From Octopus vulgaris (lineage: Eukaryota): a stretch of DNA of 64,000 nt. The notes below the pieces were generated by a model that ran no database searches, was not told the origin of the DNA, and was given only the letters and a program-made list of their open reading frames with translations. The position numbers were made by a program, and so were the translations under genes. Shown piece by piece: positions 37,247 to 51,258 of this stretch. Where the stretch lies: assembly GCA_951406725.2 (NCBI GenBank), contig OX597814.1, positions 184,946,001-185,010,000 of the forward strand, read 5' to 3'. Each line of letters begins with the position of its first letter. Position 1 is the first letter of the stretch.

Positions 37247-38719
37247 TGTATATATATAATGTATGTATGTATCTATGTATGTACGTGCTTATATTTATAA
37301 TTATAGGCCTACATAAATGTATACGCGCTTACATACAGATATACTTGCATGCATACACACACGCGCAGACATACATACTCACTCTCACAAACGTACTCAT
37401 ACGCATATAACTCTTTATTGAAACACACAACTTTCATACGTCAGATGTGTCAATGTACCGAGTGCCATGTACTGGCTTGCTGTACCCACATCAAAATGGC
37501 GTGTTTTTCGTAAACTGTGTTTTTCTTACTGAAACCCATCCACATCTTCATTACACAACTACCATGCCACAATATGATAAGACAAGACAAGATTAGATAA
37601 GACTGTAAATGATAGTTCCTGAGAGCGTCTCATGTTGATAGATGATCTACTGTTTGGAAATTAGAAACTCTGCTAGGGAATGCAGCTCTAAAATGTATTT
37701 AAAAGAGCAGAATAAATGTTTGTGCGTTTTGTCTTGTTTATTTTAGTTTTTCTTGGTTTTTTTCCCGTTGTTTCCTGATATTTTGTTTTGTTTTTCTCTG
37801 TATATTTTGTGTTTATCTTTGGTTTTGAGATGATGTGATTATTTTGTCATTGAATTTATAAGTTTGGTGGTGTCTGTTTTTGTGTTGTTGTTGTATGTAT
37901 ACATATATATATGTGTATTTCTGTGTCTGTGTGTTTGTACGTGTGTAAGAGTGCGTGCATGTGGTGAAAAGAATCTGGTTTTTAGTTTTGTAAACCCTTT
38001 TAAATAATATTCCAAAGTGTGAGGATTGTTGAAAGATTAACAGGTCTTGTAACAACGTATAGGAGTCGACGAAGTTTCTGCGTGGTCATTTGATCCAATA
38101 GAAATAACTGTTAAATGTAAAAAAAGAAATTGAAATTTCAAAAATCACACATTCGCCCTTCTTAAAAAAATAAAAGGTACTTTAGATAAGGAAGTTCAAG
38201 ATAGATCATGTCTGGAAATTAGGCCGGATGGTTCCAACGAGAATACTTTTGATTGTATGTCTATTCAATCTGCTTAACAAGAACGAAACGTGTAAAAGGA
38301 GTTTATGACATTAGCAGGCCCCTTCTTCCTTGTAGTACGACAATAAATCGCTTTCGTGATCTTAATTAAACTGATTTAAAATAACACAGCATCACCAGCA
38401 CCAGAACGGTGGGAACTGTTTATTTTATATTACTTAATAAATATGCATTCGTATTCGCATTCTTCCTTCAGTCAAACCAATCTTAACTTAAAACAGACTT
38501 AAGTGCTTCCAAATGTCATTTAGCAGCAATGGTTCGATCTGTCCAGCTATTTAGAGGTATGTAGAGATAAGAGTTAGATGATTTGTTTGAACTAGGGTTC
38601 ACTCGAAGCTTAAGAAGCCTTTGACTAGCTGCGAAGAAGAGAAAAGATGTTGCCGGAAATTTATCAGAAGACGCAAAGAAAGCAAGCCATTACATTATAC
38701 CACACACGCGCTCTCTCTC

Positions 38720-38771
<52 letters not shown>

Positions 38772-38849
38772 GACAGAAAGCGAGAAGACGACGATGACAA
38801 CGAGTGGTACTGTCAGAATGTGCATTAAGGATAATAGAAGCATCTAGCC

Positions 38850-39234
38850 CTGAGATGCAACATCTGATGTTTCTATCCTTAAAATCAAAACTGCTGACAA
38901 ATGGTACAAGCACCACCCTGAGGCTGTAACTGAGGGAGAAAATGTAACTATTCTTTGGGACTTCCCAGTATGTAAACATCGGACCATCAAGGCAAATAAA
39001 CCAGATATTGTTGTGAAAGACAAAACAATAAAGTCTGTTTATTGATTGACATGAGCATATCCGGTGACCATAATATCTCGGCAAAAGAATTTCATGAGTT
39101 TAGAAAATCTAAAGATCTGCTGATTGAAATCGAAAAGATAAGGCATCTCAACACGGTTACAATACCAGTAATTGTAGGAGCATTCGGAATGATCAAAAAA
39201 GGAACTGAAAATTATTTAAGAATGATCCCTGGCC
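38850..39234 (+). pseudogene. RLE endonuclease fragment of another R4-like family
   Basis: WYKHHPEAVTEGENVTILWDFPV...TIKANKPDIVVKD / LIDMSISGDHNISAKEF..KDLLIEIEK..TIPVIVGAFGMIKKG. Confidence 0.8.
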
Positions 39235-39478
39235 ATCTTTTTCTTCTCGTCCATCTCCTCCCTTCCTCTCCCTTCTACATATTCATCATCATCATCACCT
39301 TCTTCATTTTCTTCTTCTTCATCATCATCATCGACATTTTCTTCTCCGCCTCCCCTTCTTCGTCTTCCTAATCATCATCTTTTTCTTTTCTTCCACCTCC
39401 TCCCTTCCCCTTCCTTCTTCTACATTGTCATCATCACCTTCTTCTTCTTCTTCTTCTTCTTCTTCTTCTTCTTCTTCT

Positions 39479-39509
<31 letters not shown>

Positions 39510-39728
39510 TTTCTTCATCTTCTTTATCTTTTTTCATCATCATCTTTTTCTCCTCCTCCTCTTATTTCTTTTTCGTCTTCGTCTTCCTCTTGTTGTTGTT
39601 GTTCTTCTTCTTTTTCTTCTTCTTCTTCTTTTTCTTCATCTTCTTCACTTTCTTTTTCTTCATCTTCTTCATCTTTTTTCAACATCATCTTTTTCTTCTC
39701 CTCCTCTTACTTCTTTTTCGTCTTCGTC

Positions 39729-39760
<32 letters not shown>

Positions 39761-40070
39761 CTTCTTCTTCTTCTTCTTCTTCTTCTTCTTCTTCTTCTTC
39801 TTCTTCTTCTTCTTCTTCTTCTCCTCCTCCTCCTCCTCCTCCTTCTCATCCTTGCCTGTCTACCTTTTCATCCTCCCATTCTTAAACATAATATTGTTAG
39901 AGTTATAGGTGATTGGGTTTGTTATTATTAAAGTGAGTTTCCCTTAAAGATAAACCTTCAACTTGTTGCTGTTATTGTTGTTATTGTTCAGGCTATTCTT
40001 ATTATCACTATTATTGTTATAGCAGCATATTATTATTATTATTATTATTATTATTATCATTATATCACCG

Positions 40071-40101
<31 letters not shown>

Positions 40102-40133
40102 TATTATCATTATTATCATCATCATAATCATCA

Positions 40134-40181
<48 letters not shown>

Positions 40182-40237
40182 CACCGTCATCATCATCATC
40201 ATCATTATTATCATTATTATCATCATCATCATCATCA

Positions 40238-40277
<40 letters not shown>

Positions 40278-40344
40278 CATCATCATTATTATCATTATTA
40301 TTATTATTATTATTATTATCATTATTATTATTATTATTATTATC

Positions 40345-40403
<59 letters not shown>

Positions 40404-40405
40404 CA
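39235..40405. repeat. Compound trinucleotide low-complexity block (CTT, CTC, GTT, CAT, TTA)
   Basis: Directly visible. Confidence 0.9.
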
Positions 40406-40667
40406 TTAATAGCCTTATAACTTAGACGCAATTTCCTATTTCCTATCAACAAAAGAGATTAATTCAAGTTTCTTTTCCTTCCCGAAAGAAAACGTCCACT
40501 TCTGTATTTTGATATTGTTTATGTGTGTGTGGGGGTATGTTTGTGTGTGTGTATGTGTGTCTAACTGTCTGTCTGTGTGTGAATTATGTGTATTATCTGT
40601 GTGTGTGTACATGTAAACACCCACTCACGCACGCATACACGTATATACGCATACACATCTATCTATA

Positions 40668-40709
<42 letters not shown>

Positions 40710-41141
40710 TATATACATTTATATATACATATATACATACATAAAAATATATATACACATATACATACATATATAGATATGTTACATATTTATATATGCA
40801 TACATATATACATATATACATATAAGCATACATAGGATGCTATCGTATAATACACTTTATATGTTTGTCTTATTCGTTATATATGTTTGTAATTCCTATT
40901 TCTTCCCCGAAGGTTTTTGTACTTTTTACCTTACTTCTTACTTGTCTTCATAAATACACACATCCGTCATACGTATACACACGTATCTGGGTGTTTGAAT
41001 GTGCCTCTATGTGACTGTGTCTACGTAATATATACCTAAAAACATACATCAATATATATATATATATATATATACAAATATATATATATATATACATATA
41101 TACAAATATACATACATACATATATATATATATATAGATAG

Positions 41142-41174
<33 letters not shown>

Positions 41175-41740
41175 TACACATATACATACATACATATTCG
41201 CATACTTATATATATATATATATAAATATACGTACATACATATACATATATAAATATATACACATATATATAAAGAGATATAAATACATAGACATATATA
41301 TACAAATATACGCATGCATACATATATACACATATATATGTATATATATATATGTATATATATTACATATATATATATGTATATATATGTATATTATATA
41401 TGAATGTATATATATATATACATACATATATATATGTATATATATATGTGCATGTATGCATGTATGTATGAATGTGTGTACGTATGTATGTGACACACAT
41501 AGCACCCACACACAGTTTGAGGTATATTCTGTATTGATTTTGTTAAATTAGTTTTAAAGACTAATATCAAAGTAGTACATCATCAATTTCTTTCTTTATC
41601 CCTCTTCCTTTTATCCTCTATCTCCCTCTTTCTCTCTTTCTCTCTGTTCCTTGTTCTGTTTCTCCTTTATGTATTTCTGTCTTTCTTTCTCTCTTTCTCT
41701 CTCACTTTCTCAATCTGTTTATCTCTCTTTGTCTTTTCTT

Positions 41741-41802
<62 letters not shown>

Positions 41803-41973
41803 ATCCACATTGAATGTTACGCTTCAGTTCATGCTGTCTGTGTCAAGTGAAGCATAAAGAGTGCACACTTTAGAATTTGTTGATATATAGCCACAGAACA
41901 TTTATAATAAATAGCCATAGAAATAATTATCAATTATGGACCAATACCAGAAGAACATATAATATATTCATGC

Positions 41974-42057
<84 letters not shown>

Positions 42058-42146
42058 TATATACACATATATATGTATGTATATACATATATTTGCATAT
42101 ATATATATATATATATATCAAAATAACAATATCAAATACATTGATG

Positions 42147-42188
<42 letters not shown>

Positions 42189-42754
42189 TATAATGAAGCC
42201 AATATAAAATAATAAATATTATGAGAACTAAAGTAAAAAAAGAACAAAGGTAAACAAATAATTTACAAAATAACTTTAAAAAAAACTAACAGGTAGAAAC
42301 TTTGCAAAACTATACTCAATGTAGATAATAATTAAGTACTACTGTACCCAAGGGCAATAGTTTTTTTTTAGGTCAAATTACTGATTGGAGTGATAGAGTA
42401 TAATGTATTTTGATGTTAATAAGGCAAACAGAAATTTGCATCTGTTTTACAAAACTCAGTTTGTTTATTTTTTATTTTTTTATTTTTTTTTGCAGGAGAA
42501 AAACAGCAAACAAAATATATTGAATTATTTATAGAATTTCTGAATCATCCCCTCCCCCACCTCCCTGTCTCTCTGTCTCTCTCTTTCTCTCTCTCTGTTC
42601 CTCTTTTTCTCTTTCTTCCCACTCTCTCTCTCTCTTTCTATTTCACAACCTCTCTGTATACATACATACAGACATACTTCCATACATACATACATACACA
42701 CTCTCTCTCTCTATTTTACTACCTCTCTGTAAACATACATAATACATACATACA

Positions 42755-42787
<33 letters not shown>

Positions 42788-43287
42788 GAATACATATGTG
42801 CATACATATTTACACGCATGCAAACATATATACATACAGGAAGAGAGGGAGGAAGATGGAGTGAGAGTGAGAGAGAAAGGGGAATATTGAAAAGACATGT
42901 TTGCATAACAACCAAAGACAACATTTTTGATCTCTTTTTCCCCTTTTGAACCTCACTGTATCCTTACGAAAAGAGGTGAGCAAACTTGTAAACCATTTCC
43001 ATAGGTTCCGTGACCTACAGAAGGAAGTTCTCAACAAAACGGCTCTCTGCTCCGACTGCATGCATCAATGTGCTAGTTCGGGATCTTAAAAAGGGCGACA
43101 GATAAAATCTACGACACAGTGGGTCCTGATCACCACCAATCATCTTTGCATCACGACTGCTCAACATACACACATGCACGCACGCAAGCACACACATATA
43201 TATATATGTGTGTATATAGAGATAGATAGATATATAGAAAGATAGATAGATACATACATACATACATACATAGATAGACAGACAGAC

Positions 43288-43375
<88 letters not shown>

Positions 43376-43555
43376 TATTAGTATATTCTAGTGCTTTATT
43401 AGGACAAAACAATTAATACTTGAAAAACGTTATGAGACCCAGCATATGGCATATTAATTTATAATATAAATTAAAGTATTTCTAGTCAAACTGGAAAATA
43501 ACTTTTATTCTCTAATCAAAACAAGCAAACAAGCCCTCTTGGCTTTCATATGTTG

Positions 43556-43958
43556 GACGGTGAGCTGGTAGAAACGTTAGCACGCCGGGTGACATGCGTA
43601 GCCGCATTTCGTCTGCCGTTACGTTCTGAGTTCGAATTCCGCTGAGGTCGACTTTGCCTTTCATCCTTTCGGGGTCGATTAAATAAGTACCAGTTACGCA
43701 TTGGGGTCGATGTAATCGACTTAATCTGTTTGTCTGTCCTTGTTTGTCCCCTCTATGTTTAGCCCCTTGTGGGCAGTAAAGAAATAGTTACTTTCTGAGT
43801 TCAAATTCTACCGAGGTCGACTTTGCCTTTCATCCTTTCGGGGTCGATAAATCAAGTACCAGTTACGCACTGGGGTCGATGTAATCGACTTAATCCGTTT
43901 GTCTGTCCTTGTTTGTCCCCTCTGTGTTTAGCCCCTTGTGGGTAGTAAAGAAATAGGT
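43556..43958 (+). mobile_element. Group B SINE (dimeric body)
   Basis: Colinear with 33197-33612. Confidence 0.9.
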
Positions 43959-44699
43959 ATATGGATATCCAAACTATGTTTTAAGTACGATTTTTTAAGT
44001 ACACAGACGTACATTCCAAAGCGCACAACACACATACACTCACACACACTGAATTATTTTCCACGTGAATCGAGCCTCACCCTACTGTTCATTCGACTGA
44101 TCAGTGATCTTTCAAACCGGATTTCAGTTATATATATTTTAGCCAACGTGTTCGCTCATTTCTATCGTTATCATTGGTTAATTGCAAAATATCATTTATT
44201 AAGATGGGAGTCTTTAATATTGTCATATTAGCACTTTGACTAATCCGTTGATTGCTTTGTCTCTGAAAATCTATTTCATATTATATCCTGTCCTCTCGAT
44301 ATTGCCGTACACTTACACTGGTTAATTCGTTGGGGTTGATATCTTTTTGATCATCGTATTATTGTCGCTTTCTTGCCTAATTCATCTATTTAGTCAATTT
44401 TGCTATCATATCTCGTTTTACAAAATATTCATGTTGTTCAATACCATATTGACTCTGTGGTAATTTTTCTTTGATATCACTAAAATTTGTTCTGTTACTT
44501 TGTTGTTTTTGATAATTGTATTTACTGTATTTCTAAAGTGAGATATATTTTTATTGGTTAATTCGTTGATTAATTATTTTTCTTGCTCTTTATAAACTGT
44601 TATTCTGTGTTGAATGGAACTGCAATGACATCAGTGCAGTCTTCGCCTCTATTCCGCTTTGAGATACTTACCCTCGTTGCAATATGCAAAAATGTTTTT

Positions 44700-44861
44700 G
44701 CGCAAGAGTGGCTGTGTGGTAAGTAGCTTGCTTACCAATCACGTGGTTCCGGGTTCATTCCCACTGCATGGCACCTTGGGGAAGTGTCTTCTACTATAGC
44801 CTCGGGCCGACCAAAGCCTTGGGAGTGGATTTGGTAGACAGAAACTGATAGAAACCTGTCG

Positions 44862-44911
<50 letters not shown>

Positions 44912-45226
44912 TATATATATATGTGTGTGTGTATATATATATATGTATATATACCATTCATACCATGGGTTCCTAGGGAGCGTTTGTTTGAAAAGCTTGC
45001 TGCGCATTTGTTTGGAGATTTAAGTTCCTGGATTTTCCTGAAGAGAGTGCTGCAAAATGGTCTCCTTATTCAATCCGAATTAGGGAATTTGCAGCCTTTG
45101 AAACATGTGTAGAAAATAATAAAAAGGAATTTTGTAAAATCTTCGTTCAGCTCCATTTCTTCCCTCACTAAATATATATGTATATATATATATATATATA
45201 TATACATATATATATACACATATATA

Positions 45227-45262
<36 letters not shown>

Positions 45263-45503
45263 TGTATGTATGTATGTATGTATGTATGTATGTATGTGTG
45301 TGTGTGTTTGTCCCCCAATATCGCATGACAACCGATGCTGGTGTGTTTACGTCCCCGTACCTTGGTGATTCGGCAAAAGAGATCGATACAATAGGTACTA
45401 GGCGTACAAAAAATAAGTCCTGGGGTCGATTTGCTCGACTAAAGGCGGTGCTCCAGCATGGCCGCAATCAAATGACTGAAACAAATAAAAGAGTAAAAGA
45501 GTA
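44700..45503 (+). mobile_element. Group A SINE split by a hammerhead-bearing insertion in its internal (TA)n
   Basis: Head/CORE 44700-44865, foreign insert ~44953-45171, tail 45305-45503. Confidence 0.85.
45032..45117 (+). ncRNA. Type I hammerhead ribozyme motif with extended stem II
   Basis: ATTTTC-CTGAAGA-[GAGTGCTGCAAA...TTTGCAGCCTTT]-GAAA-CATGTG-TA-GAAAAT: canonical core, 6-bp stem I, GUA triplet (predicted cut after 45111). Confidence 0.75.
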
Positions 45504-46045
45504 AAACAACTATTCTTACATCGTGTCGAAATAACTGCATTTCTTCTGCTCAGCAACTATATTTTTCTCTCCCTAAATATGCTAATTTCTAGGCGATGCT
45601 ACCCGATCATCAGAAACCATAAATTACTATGCATGGAGTGGCTCTGCTTGCTTTTAACTGGTTTATAACAATATAAATATTTTTCTCTCATATATATATG
45701 CTTAGGCAACGGCGTTCGTATCTCTCTCTCTCTCTCTTTACTTTCCCTCCGTTGTCTCCCTGTCTCTCTCTCACATACACACACGTGCGCGCGCACACAC
45801 CTCAACATGAATTTATACAGCGGATCAAGCTTATTATATAGCGTGATTGTCTTATAATAAATGTTTCATTTGTTGGCTACTTCGGTATCGTTTTCGTCAA
45901 GACTGCCTTTTGTAGGTATTAATCGCTTATCGGGCATGGATTTGATTCATTAGAATAAAATTTAGTTTTGGCTATGAACTGTACGAGTCTAGAAGCCTGA
46001 TTATCCATGAGTCTGAAATATATACACATATGTATAATATATATA

Positions 46046-46412
46046 GGCGCAGGAGTGGTTATGTGGTAAGTAGCTTGCTTACCAACCACATAGTTCCAGG
46101 TTCAGTCCCACTGCGTGGCACCTTGGGCAACTGTCTTTTACTATAGCCTCGGGCTGACCAAAGCCTTGTGAGTGGATTTGGTAGACGGGAACTGAAAGAA
46201 TCCCGTCGTATATATGTATGTATATACGTATGTGTGTATGTGTGTGTGTGTCTGTATTTGTCCCACTAAGAACCGATGCTTGTGCGTTTATGTCCCCGTA
46301 ACTTAGAATAAATACTAGGCTTACAATAAATAAGTCCTGGGGTTGCTTTGCTCGACTAAAGGCGGTGCTTCACCATGGCCAAAGTCAAATGACTGAAACA
46401 AGTAAAAGAATA
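46046..46412 (+). mobile_element. Group A SINE
   Basis: GGCGCAGGAGTGG head to GACTGAAACAAGTAAAAGAATA tail. Confidence 0.9.
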
Positions 46413-46446
46413 TATACATATCTAAATTCCCTTGTCAAAATACGTG

Positions 46447-46533
<87 letters not shown>

Positions 46534-46562
46534 ATATATATATATATATATATGTACGTATG

Positions 46563-46643
<81 letters not shown>

Positions 46644-47455
46644 GTATGTACGTATGTATGTATGTATGTATGTATGTATGTATGTATACATATATAAATA
46701 CATACATACAAATGCATACATAATTCCTAGACGTGTACCCTTGTCAACGCACGTACCTAATGTAAAATTCCTAGACCGAATCTGCGTGACATAGTGTGGC
46801 ACAAACTGACAAATTTTGGTATTAGAATGGCTAGAACAATCCAGAACACAAGACAAAGACAAATGAAGTATTATCAATCCCAACAGCGGAGTTGTACTAT
46901 ATTTAACAAATACAACGGATAAAGGACTATACTGAGCTCTGTAGGATTTGAAATCAGAGCTGGAATAAATGCCGCTGAGCAAACATGCTGAAGATTCCAC
47001 CATTTCCCTGCGTTTAGGTGTAGTACATTCCGCTATAAATTACACAGCCTATACAGAAATCGGGCAGAAGTTCATTAACCTTCATCATTGTCTTTTAGCA
47101 GATCGATACAATATGAATTTCTTGTCAGTTTTCTTGTGATTTTATGCATATTTATTCACTGAGCGATGTTATTATTTCTTTGAACATATATACATAAATT
47201 TAAGATGGTTGATCTGCATAATTGCTGAAAATACTTTACGCTATCAATTTATAACTGTTATGCTATGAATTCAAACGCGACCAAGAATGACTTTGCATTT
47301 CATTTTCCTGAGGTCGATAAATTAGAAACTAATCAAGAGGTGGTGATCGACTAATCTGCTCTATCATGCCTCAGCATTATCATTGGCTTTGTTTGTTATG
47401 ATGGTGCGCGCGTGTGTGTGTGTGTGAGTGTTCCTACGTATAGCCATGTGGTGTG

Positions 47456-47841
47456 GAGGCGCAATGGCCCAGTGGTTAGGGCAGCGGACTCGCGGTCATA
47501 GGATCGCGGTTTCGATTCGCAGACCGGGCGTTGTGAGTGTTTATTGAGCGAAAACACCTAAAAAAAGCTCCACGAGGCTCCGGCAGGGGATGGTGGTGAT
47601 CCCTGCTGTACTCTTTCACCACAACTTTCTCTCACTCTTACTTCCTGTTTCTGTTGTACCTGTATTTCAAGGGGCCGTCCTTGTCACTCTCTGTGTCACG
47701 CTGAATATTCCCAAGAACTACGTTAAGGGTGCACGTGTCTGTGGAGTGCTCAGCCACTTACACGTTAATTTCACGAGCAGGCTGTTCCGTTGATTCGGAT
47801 CAACCGGAACACTCATCGTCGTAACCGACGGAGTGCTTCCC
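47456..47841 (+). mobile_element. Group C SINE (long-tail subfamily)
   Basis: A box TGGCCCAGTGG; near-identical to 58804-59189; TSD-like AG(C/T)CATGTGGT. Confidence 0.9.
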
Positions 47842-47984
47842 AGTCATGTGGTTGAGAAGTTTGCTTCGCATGCTCGTGGTTTCAGTTCGTTGATGTGGTG
47901 CGAAAACTCAATCAGATGTTTTAGTCTTTGGCCAGTGCCGTGTGTGTGAAAATAGGTAGGCAGAAACTTGCAGAAGCACATACA

Positions 47985-48046
<62 letters not shown>

Positions 48047-48531
48047 TGATCTTTTCGCTTTGACCGGCAGATTTTTAAAATAATTTCTTTGTAACTAAAC
48101 ACTTTTAAACTTCGTATACTGGTAGAATGTGTTACATAAAACATCTTTTTCTCTTGGCTTTCTTGAGAAAATTTTGTAGTTTGTAAGCTATTTGTTGTTT
48201 AATTTCTTGCATTTCGGCATTTTCAACCAATCAATGACGTCTATTGAGGTGAATACAATTTCTCCAGTTCTTTGTCAACAACATTTTCTGGCAGTGTCAT
48301 ATCAATTTGCCACTGTTATTTATGACATATTTCATATCAGTTACGTTCGTATGAATGAAAGATTATCGTTATTAAACTTTTATTAATACACACATATTCT
48401 AAGTTTACAACATATGCAGTTTTAATTTCCCTCTCTGTTGCACAGATACATACATTACATATTATATATTCGTTTAAGAAACAGATTGGGTTTATTTACA
48501 TTTCTGAAAAAAAAATATACCCTTCCCCCCA

Positions 48532-48588
48532 CCCCTAACCCTAACCTTAACCCTAACCCTAACTCTAACCCTAACCCTAACCCTAACC
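48532..48588. repeat. Interstitial telomere-like (CCCTAA)n tract, ~9 units
   Basis: ACCCTAACCCTAACCTTAACCCTAACCCTAACTCTAACCCTAACCCTAACCCTAACC. Confidence 0.9.
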
Positions 48589-49574
48589 ATAAAACAGATT
48601 GAAATGCAATAGATCAATACAAGAGTCATAATTATGTGTGGACACATATTATCTAGTGTGTTAGTTCCATTTTTAAGCAAGATATGGAGAATAATCAAAC
48701 TTAAATATTTTTGCAGCTTTTTGCAGTATATTAGTAAACCGTGTGGTGTGTTTCATTGATTTTCAACTAACACCAATTGCCAAAACCATCAGATGCTGTA
48801 TTCTGGATACTGGTTGTTATTGCTCTCATACGAAAACCTATTTTTAGTTTATAGGGGAGAGATTAATATACTTCTCTGTAGAATGTTCTTTGACATAAGC
48901 TTGGAAGCCGAGATTGTTTGGAGTAAATGAAATTAGAATTTGCGACATTCGTGTCATTCTTAAACGTATAAGAAATGTAAATAAAAGAGAAACGACGCCG
49001 GATAGGAATCAAAATTATGTCTTGGAATCGGCATACCAACTTCTCAGCTCTTACTTTACAACGCTAGCTATGCATTCGCTTAAATTACAACTTCTCAATC
49101 GAATCTAATCATTCTGAGTAGTAACAGCAAACAAACATAAGTTGTGTTGTCTTTTTTTTTCTCAACTTGTTTTTTCCATTTCAATGATGTTTACTTTTTA
49201 AGAGAGAGAGAGAGGGACAGACACAGACAGACAGCGATAAAAGGGAAAAGAGACAGAATCAGAGAAAGGGTGAGCGCGTGCTGTGTGCATGAGAGAAAGA
49301 GAGTGATTGAATGATAAAAGGTATGGCTGCGAGGTAGCGTGGTTGGAATCAAGGTGCCCTTCTCTAGATGGGTTGCCTCCCCTCCCCCACCCCAGGCTAA
49401 CGTTCTCGATCTGCCCGACTTACTTGCGAATTAACTCATAGCTGGTGCCCTGACAGGTGCTGATACTCCGGATCAGAGTAGGCCTCAAACAACACTCACT
49501 AAGAGTTAGTTCCACACTATTCAAAACGCTGGAACTCCCGAATCACAGGTCTACATCATTATCATCATTGTTCG

Positions 49575-49719
49575 ACCGTGGTCGAGACAATGGAATTTAC
49601 CATGCTACGCCAGACTTCACGGTCCATCACAGTATTACGCAGCAACAGGACCTCCGTAATGCTATGATGGACCGTGAAGTCAGGCGTAGCATGGTAAATT
49701 CCATTGTCTCGACCATGGT
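49575..49719. repeat. Fold-back palindrome (65-bp arms, 15-nt spacer) of an RTE-like 3' end
   Basis: Arms 49575-49639 / 49655-49719; right arm reads QQQDLRNAMMDREVRRSMV; left arm preceded by an ATCATCATT (TGA-type) tail. Confidence 0.85.
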
Positions 49720-50363
49720 TCCCATTCCGGTGATACAGGTCCACAACTGGATGGAGATCAAAGCTTCGGAAGTAAGCCCTGAAGAAAATCTGGAATCAGA
49801 GGTCCTAAGGTAGTTTGACATTGTCTGCAAGCCCGTTCTGGCAAATCCCATGACGACGCTGGAGCCAAATTGTAACGGGCTCGCTGCTCTTTTAGGTCCG
49901 TTCAGTGATGCAGATAGGAGACACGCTGCATTAGCAACAACTTCGCTCCCATGGCCATTAATGACAGACGGAGTCCAAAGATAGGATTTGTATGCGTGTC
50001 CATGTGTGTGTGTTGCGGAGCAGCGATGATATTAAAAACAGAAAATATATCGATGAGTTAACAGTATGCTTTAAGCCTCTATGTCACTTGAGTTGTGATA
50101 GGAGCCCTATAGTTGTCTAGAGATCTTGCTATCTACCATTCTAGCACATTGCATATTGTTGCAGGTCAACAGCCGATTATATCAAGCTTAGTGCTGAAAT
50201 GAGAACTTTATGTATCAACCCCTAGAAGGACGAGAGACAAAGTTGACCGGAGCGCAATTTGAACTTGCACACGAAAAACTGAAACATATACTCTTTTACT
50301 CTTTTGCATGTTCCACTCATTTGACTGCGGCCATGCTGGAGCACCACCTTTAAAGAAATAGCT

Positions 50364-50436
50364 CGACCACGATGAGACTAGGACTCGCAATCTTCTGATT
50401 CTAAGTCAGACACCTTATCCATTTGGCCACGCGGCC
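50364..50436 (-). pseudogene. tRNA-Arg(TCG)-derived pseudogene, anticodon now TAG
   Basis: GGCCGCGTGGCCAAATGGATAAGGTGTCTGACTTAGAATCAGAAGATTGCGAGTCCTAGTCTCATCGTGGTCG: 73 nt, acceptor and anticodon stems pair; T-loop TCCTAGT instead of TTCGAGT. Confidence 0.75.
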
Positions 50437-51003
50437 TTTTGTTGTTTTTTTGGGGGGGCGGGGTTGCCCAACAATCTAACGGAGCAAACACTACAACGTA
50501 TTTTGTCAGACACTCCAATGATTCTGATAATGCAATGCTGTATATAAGAAACGCTGTTTTCCTAAATGTATTTATAAAAGGAAACAACGTTGTTGCAATT
50601 AAGAACATTTAACTATTTTTTACTTGAAGCTTATGGCAAACCATGTCATACATCACAGTGAAGCATTTGTTTCGAAGAATGGTACAAAACGACACATGTG
50701 GGGTCGATCTCAGTATATATTTAGGACTGGACAGACAGACAAACAGACAGACAGACAGATCGATCGATCGATAGATAGATAGATAGATAGAGAGATTGTA
50801 ACTCCGTCTGTGTGTGTATCTATAACATATATGCGTGTATGCGTGTGTGTCTGTGCTTTATATGTATGAACGTATCTGCGTGCGCATGTGTACATGACTT
50901 GTATACACACACACTCTCATACACCCACACATATGTATATATATATATATATATATACATATACATGTGTGCGTGTGTGTGTATTTGAGTGTGTGTATGT
51001 GAG

Positions 51004-51037
<34 letters not shown>

Positions 51038-51196
51038 GAAATGAGGTAATCAGAAGATCGGATGGTTCATATTTATAGATATTTATTTATATATTACATT
51101 TTTTACATATATATATCATATCATTCAGATCATATCATTCAGATCATATCATTCAGATTATTAGCGCTTTCTCCCATTCCAGTGGGGTTTTCAAAT

Positions 51197-51255
<59 letters not shown>

Positions 51256-51258
<3 letters not shown>

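Noticed and set aside
39425-39931. 168-aa hydrophobic ORF
   Set aside because: (CTT)/(GTT)/(CTC) low complexity.
47456-47530. SINE heads as functional tRNA genes
   Set aside because: They have A/B boxes but no closing acceptor stem and continue into a SINE body with TSDs.
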